Below, piece after piece: positions 1-10,389 of a stretch of 64,000 bases of DNA (its first letter is position 1; each line of letters starts with the position of its first letter). Source of the DNA: Cyanidioschyzon merolae (taxonomy: Eukaryota); NCBI GenBank assembly GCA_000091205.1, contig AP006497.2; one strand, 5' to 3'. The notes under the pieces are model-generated. The model did not search any database, was not told the DNA's origin, and saw nothing but the letters and a program-made list of their open reading frames with translations. The translations under genes and the position numbers were made by a program.

Positions 1-1602
1 AGTTGCAATCTACTTATCGCTTGCCATTTTCATCATCTTCTTCCACCAGCTCTGCATGTCAGTCGCAGCGGCGACACTCGACTGTAGTCAGGTGTTCATG
101 CCTTTCCACCCAACCACATCCTTCGAGTGCCAACTTGTAGCGCGTGAACATTTGTTTCATCGCATGGTACATGCCCTTTTCAGTTAAAGAGGGCTCGCCC
201 CGGTGCATTCCTCTGTTTCCGCGCCCGGTGACATTCCCCTACGAATGCTGACTTCCTGTAGGCAATCTCCACGAAGAGGACACTGTCAGCTGCAAGCGCA
301 GGTGCACACTGTCCTACTCTATAAAGGATTTGTGGGATGCGATACTTTCTGTGATGAAACAAGCACCGAAAGTACAACCCAAGCTGCAAAATTTTTGATT
401 CATCTGTGCTCCCTCCGTGCGAAGCTGTGATGCACTCACTGCAAGAGGGATTAGCTGCGATGAATGAGTTCCGAGTACAAGACCATTTTCAGGCAACTTG
501 AAGAGACGGGCACCTGCTGGAGCTTGTCACGTGTGAGGCGTCATGCTGGCCCCGAATGCCGTTTCGTCGATAGCCACAAAGAAATGAGATTTTTTTCTTT
601 CGGGCGTAATCGATTTTTTGACCTGGCAAGCTCAGGGAACTTTCGGCATGATTTTGTAGACAATTCATCAAGGGACGACGTCGAGTATTTTTCCTCCTCA
701 AGCGTTCAGCACGATCAGCTCCACCCACAATAACCCTAGAAACAGAAAGATCCAAAACCTGAAGAAGGCGTGATTTGAGCATATTATACGCACGGCACCG
801 GGCTGAATGGAGGCATGCATACATGAACGTTAAAATGACTTTGGTTACTTTTCGAAAGCTTTCTTGAGTGCGTCGCGTATCAGCCTCATCCCGGTAACGT
901 AACAGATATCTGCGCCAACAAGTCGAAGAAGCCACTCTGAAAACGCGGTCCAGATCCCTAAAAGTTCATCAGAATTCGTAATCCCTTATTGCTACAATGC
1001 GCATATCGAGTCTGTGCATGTAAGAAAAATTTGGAGAAATCGAAAAGCCGAGACACAGCGAGCAGTTCAGTGTTCAGTTTTAATCTTACACGGGTATGGT
1101 GAGATTTTTTCTCGCTGCCCGACGAGTATTCATGAATCTCCTCATCTGTTGCGCGAAGCAGTGAACTGGAAGTTACACGGACTACGGGATAGAGCAAAAT
1201 CCTTTCTGTAGCTCAACAAAACAACAACGTAGCTCCGAAACCCCAGAGTTCTTCACAGATATTTTCATCTCAGACCTAAGCCTGCGCTATGTACTGAAGG
1301 CATGTACCCGGAAACAGCGCTGCCAGCGAAGTCTAGTGTCTCAAGTTGCACCGTCGCTCGCGTCGACTTTTCCAGTCAAGAACGGGCAACAGCTGTCTAG
1401 GAGGCGCGCAACGTATGCATTTTCTGGGTTCGCACACCGGAGACAGTGCCTACTCGGCTTCAAGACGCGAACTGATCGTTGAATGCTCGTTTCTACCCAG
1501 TACTATTCACTATCTATCTCTCTTAACTTGACCGGTGCCACAAAAAGTGCGAGGACACTCTCTGTGCAGCTTACAGTTACGCCAGACACTGCTCCGCGTT
1601 CC

Positions 1603-1610
1603 AAAAAAGC
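1603..1610 (-). terminator. RNA polymerase III oligo-T terminator directly 3' of the tRNA
   Basis: Plus-strand 'aaaaaa' at 1604-1609 gives a T6 run on the minus strand 3-4 nt after the tRNA discriminator base. Confidence 0.6.
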
Positions 1611-1612
1611 TG

Positions 1613-1700
1613 TGGTGCTGCGCGGGCTCGAACCGCGGACCTTCGTGTGGCAGCTATCTGCTTATCAGCACGATGCGATAACCATCTTCGCCACAGCACC
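1613..1700 (-). tRNA. Nuclear tRNA gene with a 14-nt intron. The anticodon reads GAU (Ile) if the intron is placed canonically after position 37.
   Basis: The reverse complement folds as a cloverleaf. Acceptor stem GGTGCTG/CAGCACC with discriminator A. D-arm GCGA-AGATGGTTA-TCGC. Anticodon stem TCGTG/CACGA with 21 nt between the halves, so a 7-nt loop CTGATA-A plus a 14-nt insert AGCAGATAGCTGCC at the canonical intron position. Variable loop AGGTC. T-arm CGCGG-TTCGAGC-CCGCG. Folded by eye only, so the isotype is tentative. Confidence 0.72.
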
Positions 1701-1840
1701 TTCACTAGATCGCTTACAGCAATGGCGCCAGCGACGTAAGTTGGATTCAGGAGACCAAAAATTCTATATAAATCCCATGGCTTGGATGCGCATCTGGATT
1801 AGATCGCTGCTTCGTGATTTAGACGCCGAAGCGCTACAAC

Positions 1841-3745
1841 TTGGCGAATGCTTATAGTATAGAGCTTTGGCGGGGCTATCGTACCAGCTCAAAGCGGTTG
1901 GACTCTTTTGCTATTCTTCACATGCGGCGTGAGAACGCTTTCAGAGCGCTAGCTCTCTGCATAGCGCTCTGTATTCTAACGATAATTATTTGGGACCAGT
2001 ACTGGAACGTCCTGCTGCGACATGGCTACGGTACTACCTGGTTCCGGCGGCGTGCGGAACCGCATGAGCGCGCGCCGCATTCGCTCCAGGAAAACGACGA
2101 ATCCGTGGTTGAGCTTGAGGAATACGCGAGTCTCGGAGAACTGCTTTCAGCTGCAACGTGTACTTCGAATTCAGACTGCACCTATGGCCTAGTGTGTGTG
2201 AACGCCACTTGCACAGGGTGCTCTAGCACAGAACAGTGCAGCAATATTCAGCTTGACTGCGATGCCAACTCCAACAGATGTGTGCATAAGCCTCTCTCTA
2301 GATTTACTTGGCGCGATGGCCTTACTTTCGGTCTAATATTTGTTATCGCAGGGTTATCGAGCACAGGGGGCGTAGGAGGCGGCTTTTTATTCGTGCCTGT
2401 ACTCGTGCTACTCACTGGCTTTCAAGCAAGGCGCGCTGCTGCACTATCCCAAGCACTCGTAACTGGCGGCTCGGGTGCTAATGCCTTCTATGGTTTAATC
2501 ACACGCCACCCGTTTCGAGAACGCCCGCGAATCGACTATTACGTTGTGACTGTGTTCATGGCGACGATCCTCTGTGGGACGAGTGTTGGCGTCATCCTGA
2601 ATATACTCTTCCCGAATTTCTTCACGCTCTTCATGCTCGCGGTCCTCGTTGCGTACGTGTTTTACATTAGCATCAAGAAAGCCATTCAACTGTGGAAAGA
2701 TGAAAGAGCTGCATCGCGGAATGTTCGGGCCCAAGACCAAGGCGCCGATGCGGCTGCATCGAACGATGTGAACGCAGATGGCTCTTACGACGCATCGTGC
2801 CGTGGAACTGAGGCAGAGCATTGCACCGATGAAAGTTTCTCTATCCACAGTGACCAAATTGTAGACATGCAGGATACCGGTCACGAGCGTACATTTTCAG
2901 TCAAGTCCGAGTCAGTTCATTCTACCGAGGGCAATGAAGGCATGCGCACCTGGGCTTTCGGGCGCCTCTGGACCAGACTCATAGGTTTCTTTGATCCGAC
3001 ACTTCAATTCCACAGCGCAGACGAAATTATGAAGTATGAAAGTCGTCAGTATCCGCTCGGATCGCTTGTATATGTGCTCGCTATCTTTGCGTTTCTTGTC
3101 GTCTTGTCGGTATTCCGAGGTGGAGGCTCGAGCCGAGTGTCTGTGATAGGTGTGGAAAACTGCAGCGCAATTTTTATATTGCTATATATTGTTCAGGAAA
3201 TTGGACTTCTCTGTTTCTCGGTCGCCGCAGGTTTTCGTAATTTGCGCATGCATCTGGTCAAGTTACGTGTCGGTTATGAGTTTTACGAGCGCGACATGGA
3301 ATGGACGCGCAACAGAATTTTGTGGATTGCTCCGCTCATGATCTTTCTTGGAGCCGTTGGTGCATGGGTCGGCGCTGGTGGCTCTTTCATGTCGACTCCG
3401 ATTTTAATTGCTGGAGTCGGAATGGATCCGCTCGTGGTGCAAGCAACTGCGGGGTTCATGAACTTCGTGGCGGCTTTTTCCAGCGCGATTCAGTACTATG
3501 TGAATCATGAGCTACCGCTGGACTATGGCCTCGCGCTCGGGGGCACCGCTTTCCTTGGATCACTGTCTTTCGTTGTCTTTTTCAATAGGCTCGTGTACAA
3601 ATTCAAACTCCAAGCTATTCTTGTGTTTATCATGGCAGGGGTCATGTTCGGGGCCGCAGTTCTCAATATCTACGCGGGAGCGTTAGAGCTCAAAACAACA
3701 CTCAACCAAGGAAAGCCGTTCCCCTTCGGGAACATATGTGGGTGA
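1841..3745 (+). CDS. TauE/SafE-family (DUF81) anion-exporter-like membrane protein with two 4-TM repeats, a Cys-rich N-terminal segment and an acidic central loop.
   Basis: 634-aa ORF. Glycine-rich TM motifs 'GLSSTGGVGGGFLFVPVLVLL' and 'GAVGAWVGAGGSFMSTPILIAGVG' occur in two halves separated by a Ser/Asp-rich loop. A Cys-rich stretch 'CTSNSDCTYGLVCVNATCTGCSS' lies near the N-terminus. The true start may be the internal Met near 1922 (MRRENAFRALALCIALCIL). Confidence 0.65.
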   Translation: MANAYSIELWRGYRTSSKRLDSFAILHMRRENAFRALALCIALCILTIIIWDQYWNVLLRHGYGTTWFRRRAEPHERAPHSLQENDESVVELEEYASLGELLSAATCTSNSDCTYGLVCVNATCTGCSSTEQCSNIQLDCDANSNRCVHKPLSRFTWRDGLTFGLIFVIAGLSSTGGVGGGFLFVPVLVLLTGFQARRAAALSQALVTGGSGANAFYGLITRHPFRERPRIDYYVVTVFMATILCGTSVGVILNILFPNFFTLFMLAVLVAYVFYISIKKAIQLWKDERAASRNVRAQDQGADAAASNDVNADGSYDASCRGTEAEHCTDESFSIHSDQIVDMQDTGHERTFSVKSESVHSTEGNEGMRTWAFGRLWTRLIGFFDPTLQFHSADEIMKYESRQYPLGSLVYVLAIFAFLVVLSVFRGGGSSRVSVIGVENCSAIFILLYIVQEIGLLCFSVAAGFRNLRMHLVKLRVGYEFYERDMEWTRNRILWIAPLMIFLGAVGAWVGAGGSFMSTPILIAGVGMDPLVVQATAGFMNFVAAFSSAIQYYVNHELPLDYGLALGGTAFLGSLSFVVFFNRLVYKFKLQAILVFIMAGVMFGAAVLNIYAGALELKTTLNQGKPFPFGNICG

Positions 3746-3936
3746 TTTTCGAAACGAATTCGTACTGATTGGAGAGATACCGGCGTCGATGCAGGCGGAG
3801 ACATCTGCGACTCTCGTCGCAGCACGCTCTTATCTGGAACTCGACTCGCTGGCAAATGCCGTTCATCACGGAAGCCTAATGGTTGCGATCAAAAAGGCAC
3901 GATATGCGCTGCATATGCCGATATTCGGAGGCGAGA

Positions 3937-5322
3937 TTAACAGTGGTGCTTATTTTTGCTGAGTCTATGCAAATACGAGCACGTGATGCGATGTCCAAAG
4001 TCGGTGACAGAGTCAACGAATGCTTTTTCCTCTTTTAGCGGGAAAAAGCGGCATGAAAACAATCTGAATGAAGTAAGCGCCACTATATCAAGGGCGCTTT
4101 CGGAGATGGAAATGAGCCCTATGTCTCGAATCTTACCAGGCCGGCAGCGCTCCTCAGCGGATTCGACAGCCAGCCGGTCGATGACTTTGAAACTAGATTC
4201 TCCATCAGAATTCGAGATGCACTGAATAAGAAGAATTTCACCTCTGCTCGTTCCAAGAAAAGCGTACCGATTCCCTGAATTTGCGCCATACTCACGGACA
4301 AAGTAGACGCAGCTGATCAGAGCATCCGTAAGTTTTTCCGATGAGACAGCAGTGCCCGAGTTAAGGTCATACATTTCGAGAATACTGCGCCCTGCGAAGA
4401 AAAAGACAGCAGATTCCGGACACCATTCCACGCTTTCGGGCCGGAAACCGAGCCGGAATCGAAGCTCAGGAAATGCGAGGCTCTTGATGCTCTCGCGTCC
4501 ATTGGAGGTATTTCTCGGTCGACATCCTCTGTTTCGCTTTGATTCTAGCAACTTCTCCAAACTCCATAAAGTCAATTGCGGTCTTTCATCCAGCGTGAAA
4601 AACTGGGCTTTGTTTCTTGTCATAACGATATGGGTTATCGGCCATTTCCCAAGCGAAAGCGTTTTCTTTAAGAACCACTTTCTGAACGGCTGGCCTGTAC
4701 AAAGCCAAACTGCTAGTTTGCCTCTCGTTTTGCCCCCAGCCGCGAGCAGAAAAGTCCGGTCATGAAGCCGAACGAAAGCCAGATCGTTGACGCATTCTGT
4801 CTGGCTATCGAAAGTCTCAAGCAAAACGCTTCGGGAAACGTCTAGAAACGCAACTTCACCGTTAGAAGCCCCGAACGCAGCGAAAACTGCCGCTTCACCA
4901 GCATCTGCAGCACTATAGACAGCGACTTTACGAACGGAAGCGCTGAGCACGACCGATCCAAACGCTTTTATAACAGTTATAGGACTATTTTCGCTAGACA
5001 ACGAGCACTGTTGATGCTTTTCGCTGTCAACAGAGGCGAACTTTTCGCCGGGCAATATATTTTGAGCAAAGTTGAGCTTCGCAATACCTCCAGAGTACGT
5101 TCCTATAAAGGCCTCTGCTACTGTTATCCTAGAACTTGTTTCCGAGGTCCGCCCAGCGGCCTCCATAAGGAAGCAACAACCGAATACCCCGTGCCAACTC
5201 AGCACATCTGCTGGCAGGTCGGCGTCGACAGCGGCTTCGACATCAGCGACGATTTGCGCGCTGAAGTTTCTTGGTTGAGGTCGACCCATGGATTCGAAAC
5301 TGGGGCGTGAGCTGAGAATCAA
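3937..5322 (-). CDS. Hypothetical protein, possibly a beta-propeller (WD-like) repeat protein
   Basis: 461-aa uninterrupted ORF with recurring short beta-strand-like segments such as LAVW, TLWSL and EMYDLNSGT. No motif I can name with certainty. Confidence 0.35.
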   Translation of the reverse strand: MILSSRPSFESMGRPQPRNFSAQIVADVEAAVDADLPADVLSWHGVFGCCFLMEAAGRTSETSSRITVAEAFIGTYSGGIAKLNFAQNILPGEKFASVDSEKHQQCSLSSENSPITVIKAFGSVVLSASVRKVAVYSAADAGEAAVFAAFGASNGEVAFLDVSRSVLLETFDSQTECVNDLAFVRLHDRTFLLAAGGKTRGKLAVWLCTGQPFRKWFLKKTLSLGKWPITHIVMTRNKAQFFTLDERPQLTLWSLEKLLESKRNRGCRPRNTSNGRESIKSLAFPELRFRLGFRPESVEWCPESAVFFFAGRSILEMYDLNSGTAVSSEKLTDALISCVYFVREYGANSGNRYAFLGTSRGEILLIQCISNSDGESSFKVIDRLAVESAEERCRPGKIRDIGLISISESALDIVALTSFRLFSCRFFPLKEEKAFVDSVTDFGHRITCSYLHRLSKNKHHC

Positions 5323-5623
5323 ACTAGGCGTTGCGCTTCGTACTGCGAAAGATCTTGACTACTATGAGAAAGAGCTTGTGACGCTCCGAATGAGGATAGA
5401 AGAGGAAAGGAAAAACGGTTCGGATTGCTTGCGCCAACTGCAGGACGTTTTTAGTGAGACGGAGGCTATGATCCCGGACGCACGGTTCCGGCTTCAACGA
5501 GCTACCCAGGAGCTTGAAGTGGCACTAAATAAGGCCAGTTTTGCTGGTGCAGCTGATGAATCCGACACGAGCCGGGCGGAAGTCTTGTTACAAGAACTGA
5601 GAACGAAGCAGCTTGTCCGCTGA
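5288..5623 (+). CDS. Small hypothetical coiled-coil protein
   Basis: 111-aa ORF rich in E/R/L heptad-like sequence. It overlaps the 5' end of the 461-aa minus-strand ORF by 35 bp. Weak support. Confidence 0.2.
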   Translation: MDSKLGRELRIKLGVALRTAKDLDYYEKELVTLRMRIEEERKNGSDCLRQLQDVFSETEAMIPDARFRLQRATQELEVALNKASFAGAADESDTSRAEVLLQELRTKQLVR

Positions 5624-5874
5624 GATGTTTCGAGTACTAGAACGTGCGATACCCCCGACGTCAAGATAGATTTTCACACCGTATCAAAGTGCTCATTTGT
5701 TAGAGCTTGCCTGGATTCATTTTTATTCAAGGTAAACACGGAACCGTTTCGAATAGAACATGTGTGTCGAGTTGATTTTCTGTAAGTCGACTTGGGTTGC
5801 AGAGTTTGAAATAGGCATGAAACAGCGTAAGTCTAAGGGTATTCTTATGGGAGATTCTAAATGGCTGCTGCAAT

Positions 5875-6711
5875 CTAAAATGGAATGGGTTTCCCCAATC
5901 GCCAAAAATGCGGATAGCGAGAAGAGCAGCGCTCCCTTACGATGCGATGCTGAAGCTCAGCCAGTTGAAGGATATCTTTTGCTGCAGCGGAGGGTTCGCG
6001 CTGACCTCCAAGTGGATTCATGTTCGACTTCACGTCACCGGGGCAAATTGCATCTATTCGAATATGCGATGGCGCCGTCCGAGCTTGTAAAAGAGTTAGC
6101 CGGTTTAACAAAGCCTTTGACAGCCGATACGCAGGTTCGTCACCGTGGACGACTGCATATGGCTGAAGACCGGCCTGATCAACTCGCTCGACCACTGCGT
6201 GCATAAAATCGGTCAGCTCATCATAACTCTCCAACTGCTCGATAGCCCTGCGCCAGTATGAATTAAAGAAGCACAGTTCCCCGTCACCTGAGCTCACATT
6301 TATGACTGAACAGGGCTCAGGGTAGTGCCTCATGTCCAGATAGTGAAAAACCTCGTAGAGTCGCTGCGGAAACACGACATTGACAGAGAAAGTTTCCAAA
6401 AGTGTAAAGGCGTCCCAGTTTTTCGGGCATATGGCAGCAATATTTACTACGAGCTGAATGCGCGGAAACTTCTCCCAGGCAGACACTAGCAACGAAAGTT
6501 TGGAGTGAAAATCCTCTGAGGTTGCGGAACGAGCATCAAGTTCAAACAAGAATAGGTTTTGCGGACAGGGACCCCGCGTCGACTCCAGTGTCTTCCTTTG
6601 TCGCGTTAAACCGAGTACGATCCAGCCCTCGCGCAGTAAGTTGTTTACGGTTGACCATCCGATAGAGCCCCCGCAGCCTGTCACTAACGCGACTCTTGGT
6701 TGTGAGTCCAT
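5875..6711 (-). CDS. Short-chain dehydrogenase/reductase (SDR) family NAD(P)-dependent oxidoreductase
   Basis: N-terminal Rossmann motif 'VALVTGCGGSIGWSTV'. 'NIAAI' (NNAG-like). Catalytic YxxxK in 'AYRLSK'. 'ICPGDV' downstream. Confidence 0.7.
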   Translation of the reverse strand: MDSQPRVALVTGCGGSIGWSTVNNLLREGWIVLGLTRQRKTLESTRGPCPQNLFLFELDARSATSEDFHSKLSLLVSAWEKFPRIQLVVNIAAICPKNWDAFTLLETFSVNVVFPQRLYEVFHYLDMRHYPEPCSVINVSSGDGELCFFNSYWRRAIEQLESYDELTDFMHAVVERVDQAGLQPYAVVHGDEPAYRLSKALLNRLTLLQARTAPSHIRIDAICPGDVKSNMNPLGGQREPSAAAKDILQLAELQHRIVRERCSSRYPHFWRLGKPIPF

Positions 6712-7124
6712 CAGAGCTGCCCTGACACGAAAACACTACTGCGAGCGGAACGCTCGGAAAGCTCTTTGTGGACGCCCTCCAGAGTAGACACTCAAAAATA
6801 CGTCCAAGTCACAACCACGACGTCGTACGGACTAGACAAAAGAGGGCTCAAATGAAAATAAACATGCAGCCACTACAGTTTCTAAAGCTTTTCAACGACC
6901 AGACGAAATACACTGCGCTCTTATCTGTGCGAGGCGACTGGATGGTCGCTGTACACAGACAGTGCTCTCACAGAATTTTTTGACACCAATTTGTCGGAGG
7001 ATTAGTTGAATCAGCAGAGCCTTTCGCAGCGATGGAGACACCCTGATGACATCTAAGCAACTCTGGTGTGCGGGTATTGTAGTCAAGTCGAGTGTAGCTT
7101 CCATTTATACTCAGTAAAATAAAA

Positions 7125-8420
7125 ACATTCTACGACCATGGAGGGTATCGTGATACCCGCTACCAGATGCCTCCTAATCTCTTTTGACCTGCCGCCTGCT
7201 ATCAGTCTCATCCTCTCATTGTAAACGTCAAACCGGATGGGCTGCCTCACAAAATTCGCTCGCGTCAGCTCCTCCGGTCTCGTCTTCAGTACCCCACATT
7301 GTCTGGTATTGATGGCGGCATTGAAATCACGGTTAATGAACTCCGTGCGTTTGTTCCCTCTTGTGGAGCTCACTATTGGTAGAATTACTCGAACTCGTGC
7401 TTTCTGTGCCATTACAGTCTCGTCGTGCTCCCGCGGGACGAACACCTTTGTCTCACCTGCCTCCGCTCTTTTTATTCCACGTGATTTGCTCTTATTCGCT
7501 CGATGGTTGGCGATAAGAGGATTTTTTCGTTTTTTTCCGGCAGTCGGTGATGACGGGCCTCCAGGAGGATCGACTTCCCTGTCAATGCCTTCCCCACTGA
7601 TTGTTTTATTCTAAAAAATGGACACGCTTCTTTATGCTTTTATACGAAGATCTTCCCGAGAAAGAGGCACTGGTATAAGAAAGAGGAATCGTGCCCAGGC
7701 GTTACCATGCTGAAAGCTTCAGAGGTTCGCCCAGTGGAGCGACCATTACGTTCCACAATAGAAAACACTCGTACGATGGGGTTGAACCTCGGGCAGTGCG
7801 AAGGAGTAAAAAGCAGCTCTAGCCCTACAGAATCGGTAAAAGCTGGAACGCAAATGGAATGGTGCAATGTCATGTTGTCCAACTGAAAAACGTCGCCAGA
7901 GGTTAGGGAAAAGTCTCCGACGATTCGTCGAAGTGGCTGCTGTGTTATAAGTATTCTCTACGAGCGAAACTGAGGCCGCCAACACTATCTACTACAGCTA
8001 GAACAGATGATGGTGTCGTCTTTCTCTTGGAGATCCATCGTACACGCCTTGGGCTCCTTCTCCGCGAATACGCATATACGCCCCAACGGTTTCGTCCGAA
8101 GTTAGTCTCATCGACCGAAAAGACAAACCGATGTCCCTCTGCTTAATACCGGTCGCGCCGTTCCGGGAATTCGGTGGTTGCGATGTCCGTGGAAGATGGC
8201 GGAGCCTGAAACTGAAAAATTTTTGGGACTACATCCGAATTTTTTCAGGACAACACGCAAAAGCTGTTGAAAAAAGAGACGCTCGAGGCGGCTACCATCG
8301 ACACTTTTGCTCCCCATACCGTGACCAATGAGTCAGTTTCCACGATCGACCGCAAGCAGTCTTTTAGTATTTTGGTGTTTGGCGCAGAGCCCATGTTCTT
8401 GGTTCTTTCAGTGTTTCGTA
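7125..8420 (-). mobile_element. Degraded TnpB/Fanzor-like element, copy 1 (frameshifted; RuvC-III-like RDFNAAIN tail)
   Basis: Minus-strand ORF pieces 8108-8317, 7746-7985, 7640-7882 and 7083-7445 are homologous to pieces at 11775-12957 and 39431-40665. The tail reads 'EFINRDFNAAINTRQCGVLKTRPEELTRANFV'. Upstream is 'VPAFTDS...HCP', resembling the TnpB Y-T-S-Q/CxxC segment. The terminus is rc 'CTCCATGGTCGTAGAA' near 7129. Confidence 0.5.
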
Positions 8421-8500
8421 ATTATCTGAGTACTGTCGTATGACTCACCTCAAGGACGAATGCAAGTCCTCTTTGCACTGCGCGGTCAAGAATGTATTCA
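8421..8500 (+). repeat. Roughly 100-bp dispersed repeat, copy I1, abutting the 5' end of TnpB-like copy 1. Its mirror image is at 11587-11666.
   Basis: 'atctgagtactgtcgtatgactcacctcaaggacgaatgcaagtcctctttgcactg..aagaatgtattca' is about 75-85% identical to 40700-40820, 57000-57095 and 63040-63160. Confidence 0.6.
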
Positions 8501-9697
8501 TAGGAAATTCGCCTACGATCTAAACGGTACATCGCAAAGTTAGTTCGGTCGTCTGCAATACACTGTGTAGAACCACGCATTTACACTCAATGGGAGTGGC
8601 CCAGAACAGAGTTGAAAGAATAACCAAGACGCAACTTGGCGCCAGCAAATTTGGCACGCATTGTTTTCCAAGCGACTTCAGTCTTGTGCTGTCACTGGCT
8701 GTTGCCTTAATGAGGTTGATGGTATCGAAACCTCGTATATATATTAGCGCGCTTATTTTGGGAGTCATTGTCGTTGCAGTGGCCCTGCGCAGCTTGTCAA
8801 AGTTCTCCCATTCCACTCTAGTCTCGAGAGGGAACAGAGGGCTAGAGTTACACGCTTTTTATAACGTTTTCTGGAACTCAGGGACGCCACGTATAGCGCA
8901 AGAGCAACTATCCTGGCTCGAATCAAGCGGAATCAAAATCGATGCTCTGCACGTGTTCGCTTTCGGGACTAACCTGTCAGGGTTGGAAAGAATCGAGAAG
9001 TGGACAAGTGCACCAGTCGTATACGAGCAGTTGAGCCCGATCGGGAACGAGGAAGTTACGCTTGCGGCTCTACACAGGTTCTGCACAGTTGCGGAACTGA
9101 AAGGCAAAAGTGTCTTCGTTTTATACTTCCATCCAAAGGGTTCGTTTCATCCGAGCATTCGAAATGAAAAGTATCGACAAGCCGTTGGGCATTATGTGCT
9201 GCGAAAGCCCCAGGGTTGCCTGAGCGCCATGGCGCTTCAATCATGCGACGCTTGTAGTCTCCGCTTCTCAGAGTATCCGCACGCTCATTTTCCTGGGAAT
9301 ATGTGGTGGGCAAACTGTAGTTATATCTCCATGCTGTATGCGCCGGATATTCCGAGAACAGAGCTCAAGTCTGCAAAGCTTCCGGAATATTGCATAGGGC
9401 TCGGTCGGTTTGCTAGTGAACACTGGATTGGTTCGCACCCTCAACTAAGACCATGCGACTGCTTCCCCGTCACTGAGGACGCATTTTACTGGTATGGGTT
9501 CTCGGGTCTCGATGGTGTCCACCGTCTGATGAACAGTACGATGGACTGCAGGCGGGGGCCGCGTCCGAATATAATTGAGATTGCGCGAAAAAAAGGATAC
9601 GATGTCGAGCTTAACCTACGCTGCCGTGAAGTTTCGGCCGCAGGCGACAGACGCGCCTATGGCTTTGAAACTACGTCGAGCTAAGGCTCGCAATGGA
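8424..9697. repeat. Left arm of a perfect inverted repeat (arms 1274 bp, spacer about 692 bp, symmetry centre 10043.5)
   Basis: Every ORF in 8520-9684 has an identical mirror ORF on the opposite strand at coordinate 20087-x. My direct base comparison puts the arm boundaries at 8424/11663 (outer) and 9697/10390 (inner). Confidence 0.85.
8590..9684 (+). CDS. Type II membrane protein of unknown function, possibly a Golgi glycosyltransferase-like luminal domain. Copy 1 of 2.
   Basis: 364-aa ORF with an N-terminal TM anchor 'ISALILGVIVVAVAL' and a Cys-containing globular domain with 'HFPGNMWWANCSY'. An identical ORF is mirrored at 10403-11497. Confidence 0.55.
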   Translation: MGVAQNRVERITKTQLGASKFGTHCFPSDFSLVLSLAVALMRLMVSKPRIYISALILGVIVVAVALRSLSKFSHSTLVSRGNRGLELHAFYNVFWNSGTPRIAQEQLSWLESSGIKIDALHVFAFGTNLSGLERIEKWTSAPVVYEQLSPIGNEEVTLAALHRFCTVAELKGKSVFVLYFHPKGSFHPSIRNEKYRQAVGHYVLRKPQGCLSAMALQSCDACSLRFSEYPHAHFPGNMWWANCSYISMLYAPDIPRTELKSAKLPEYCIGLGRFASEHWIGSHPQLRPCDCFPVTEDAFYWYGFSGLDGVHRLMNSTMDCRRGPRPNIIEIARKKGYDVELNLRCREVSAAGDRRAYGFETTSS

Positions 9698-10389
9698 CAC
9701 GGTATAGAAAAATCAAACCGGTTTTGAAAATTGCGATCCGGTGCGCCGCTCGAATTATTCATCGACATTCGATTTTATGCTCAGTCGGAGTGCCGTTTTA
9801 CTCCTGTATTCTCTAAAACCTTGGTACGCTCGCTACGGGAAGTCTTTAATGCGTTTCTGGCGTGCAAGTCTTATTTCCTGGGGAGTAATTCCATTCCGAC
9901 ATCACTTAGACACACGCCTATTTTGCATCTTCGGATCACTCAAGACATCCACACGGGTCTCGTCCGTTCGCTACGGTGGCCTGCTCCGGTCTTCTTTTAC
10001 TGGAATAGGGCTGTTTTCCTCCATTAAAAATACTTTCCGCATGGATCCTCTGAGATATATATTCAAGGCTTTAAAACCCCACTTGGTAGTTGACAGGTTC
10101 AGTTTATGATACTCTCACTAGCGAGATTTCACACTCGGAAGCTGTTTCCTTCAAAGAGAACACTGGCTGCACCTTACGAGAGTGGGGCTTAGTCGCGCAA
10201 CAGCACTATGATTTGAAGCTCACCAACGTAGGGAAAGGCTGTAGCGCGCACTGTCAGCGCGACATAATTCCAAAACCTTACTCTTTTCGAACGCTTTGCT
10301 GGTTCCGAAAATATGAATTGCCCCATTCGAGTACGATCCCAACAACTGCTTTTGCACTTCAAAATACCTGAAGACGCAACTGCGCCGCA

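Noticed and set aside
489-1211. Several 60-150-aa ORFs at the left edge (489-935 minus, 958-1197 minus)
   Set aside because: No motifs, biased basic composition and overlapping frames. I could not support them as genes.
2495-2884. 129-aa minus ORF inside the TauE/SafE transporter gene
   Set aside because: Antisense frame of a well-supported membrane-protein ORF.
8421-8450. Resemblance of the ~100-bp repeat start 'TCTGAGTACTGTCGTATGAC' to the kinetoplastid spliced-leader exon/intron junction (CTGTACTATATTG/GTATGAG)
   Set aside because: The similarity is short and the GT splice donor is not conserved among the four copies. The genome is not kinetoplastid-like, with frequent strand switches and a tRNA-intron pattern that does not fit. 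The conserved part of the repeat lies downstream of the putative leader.
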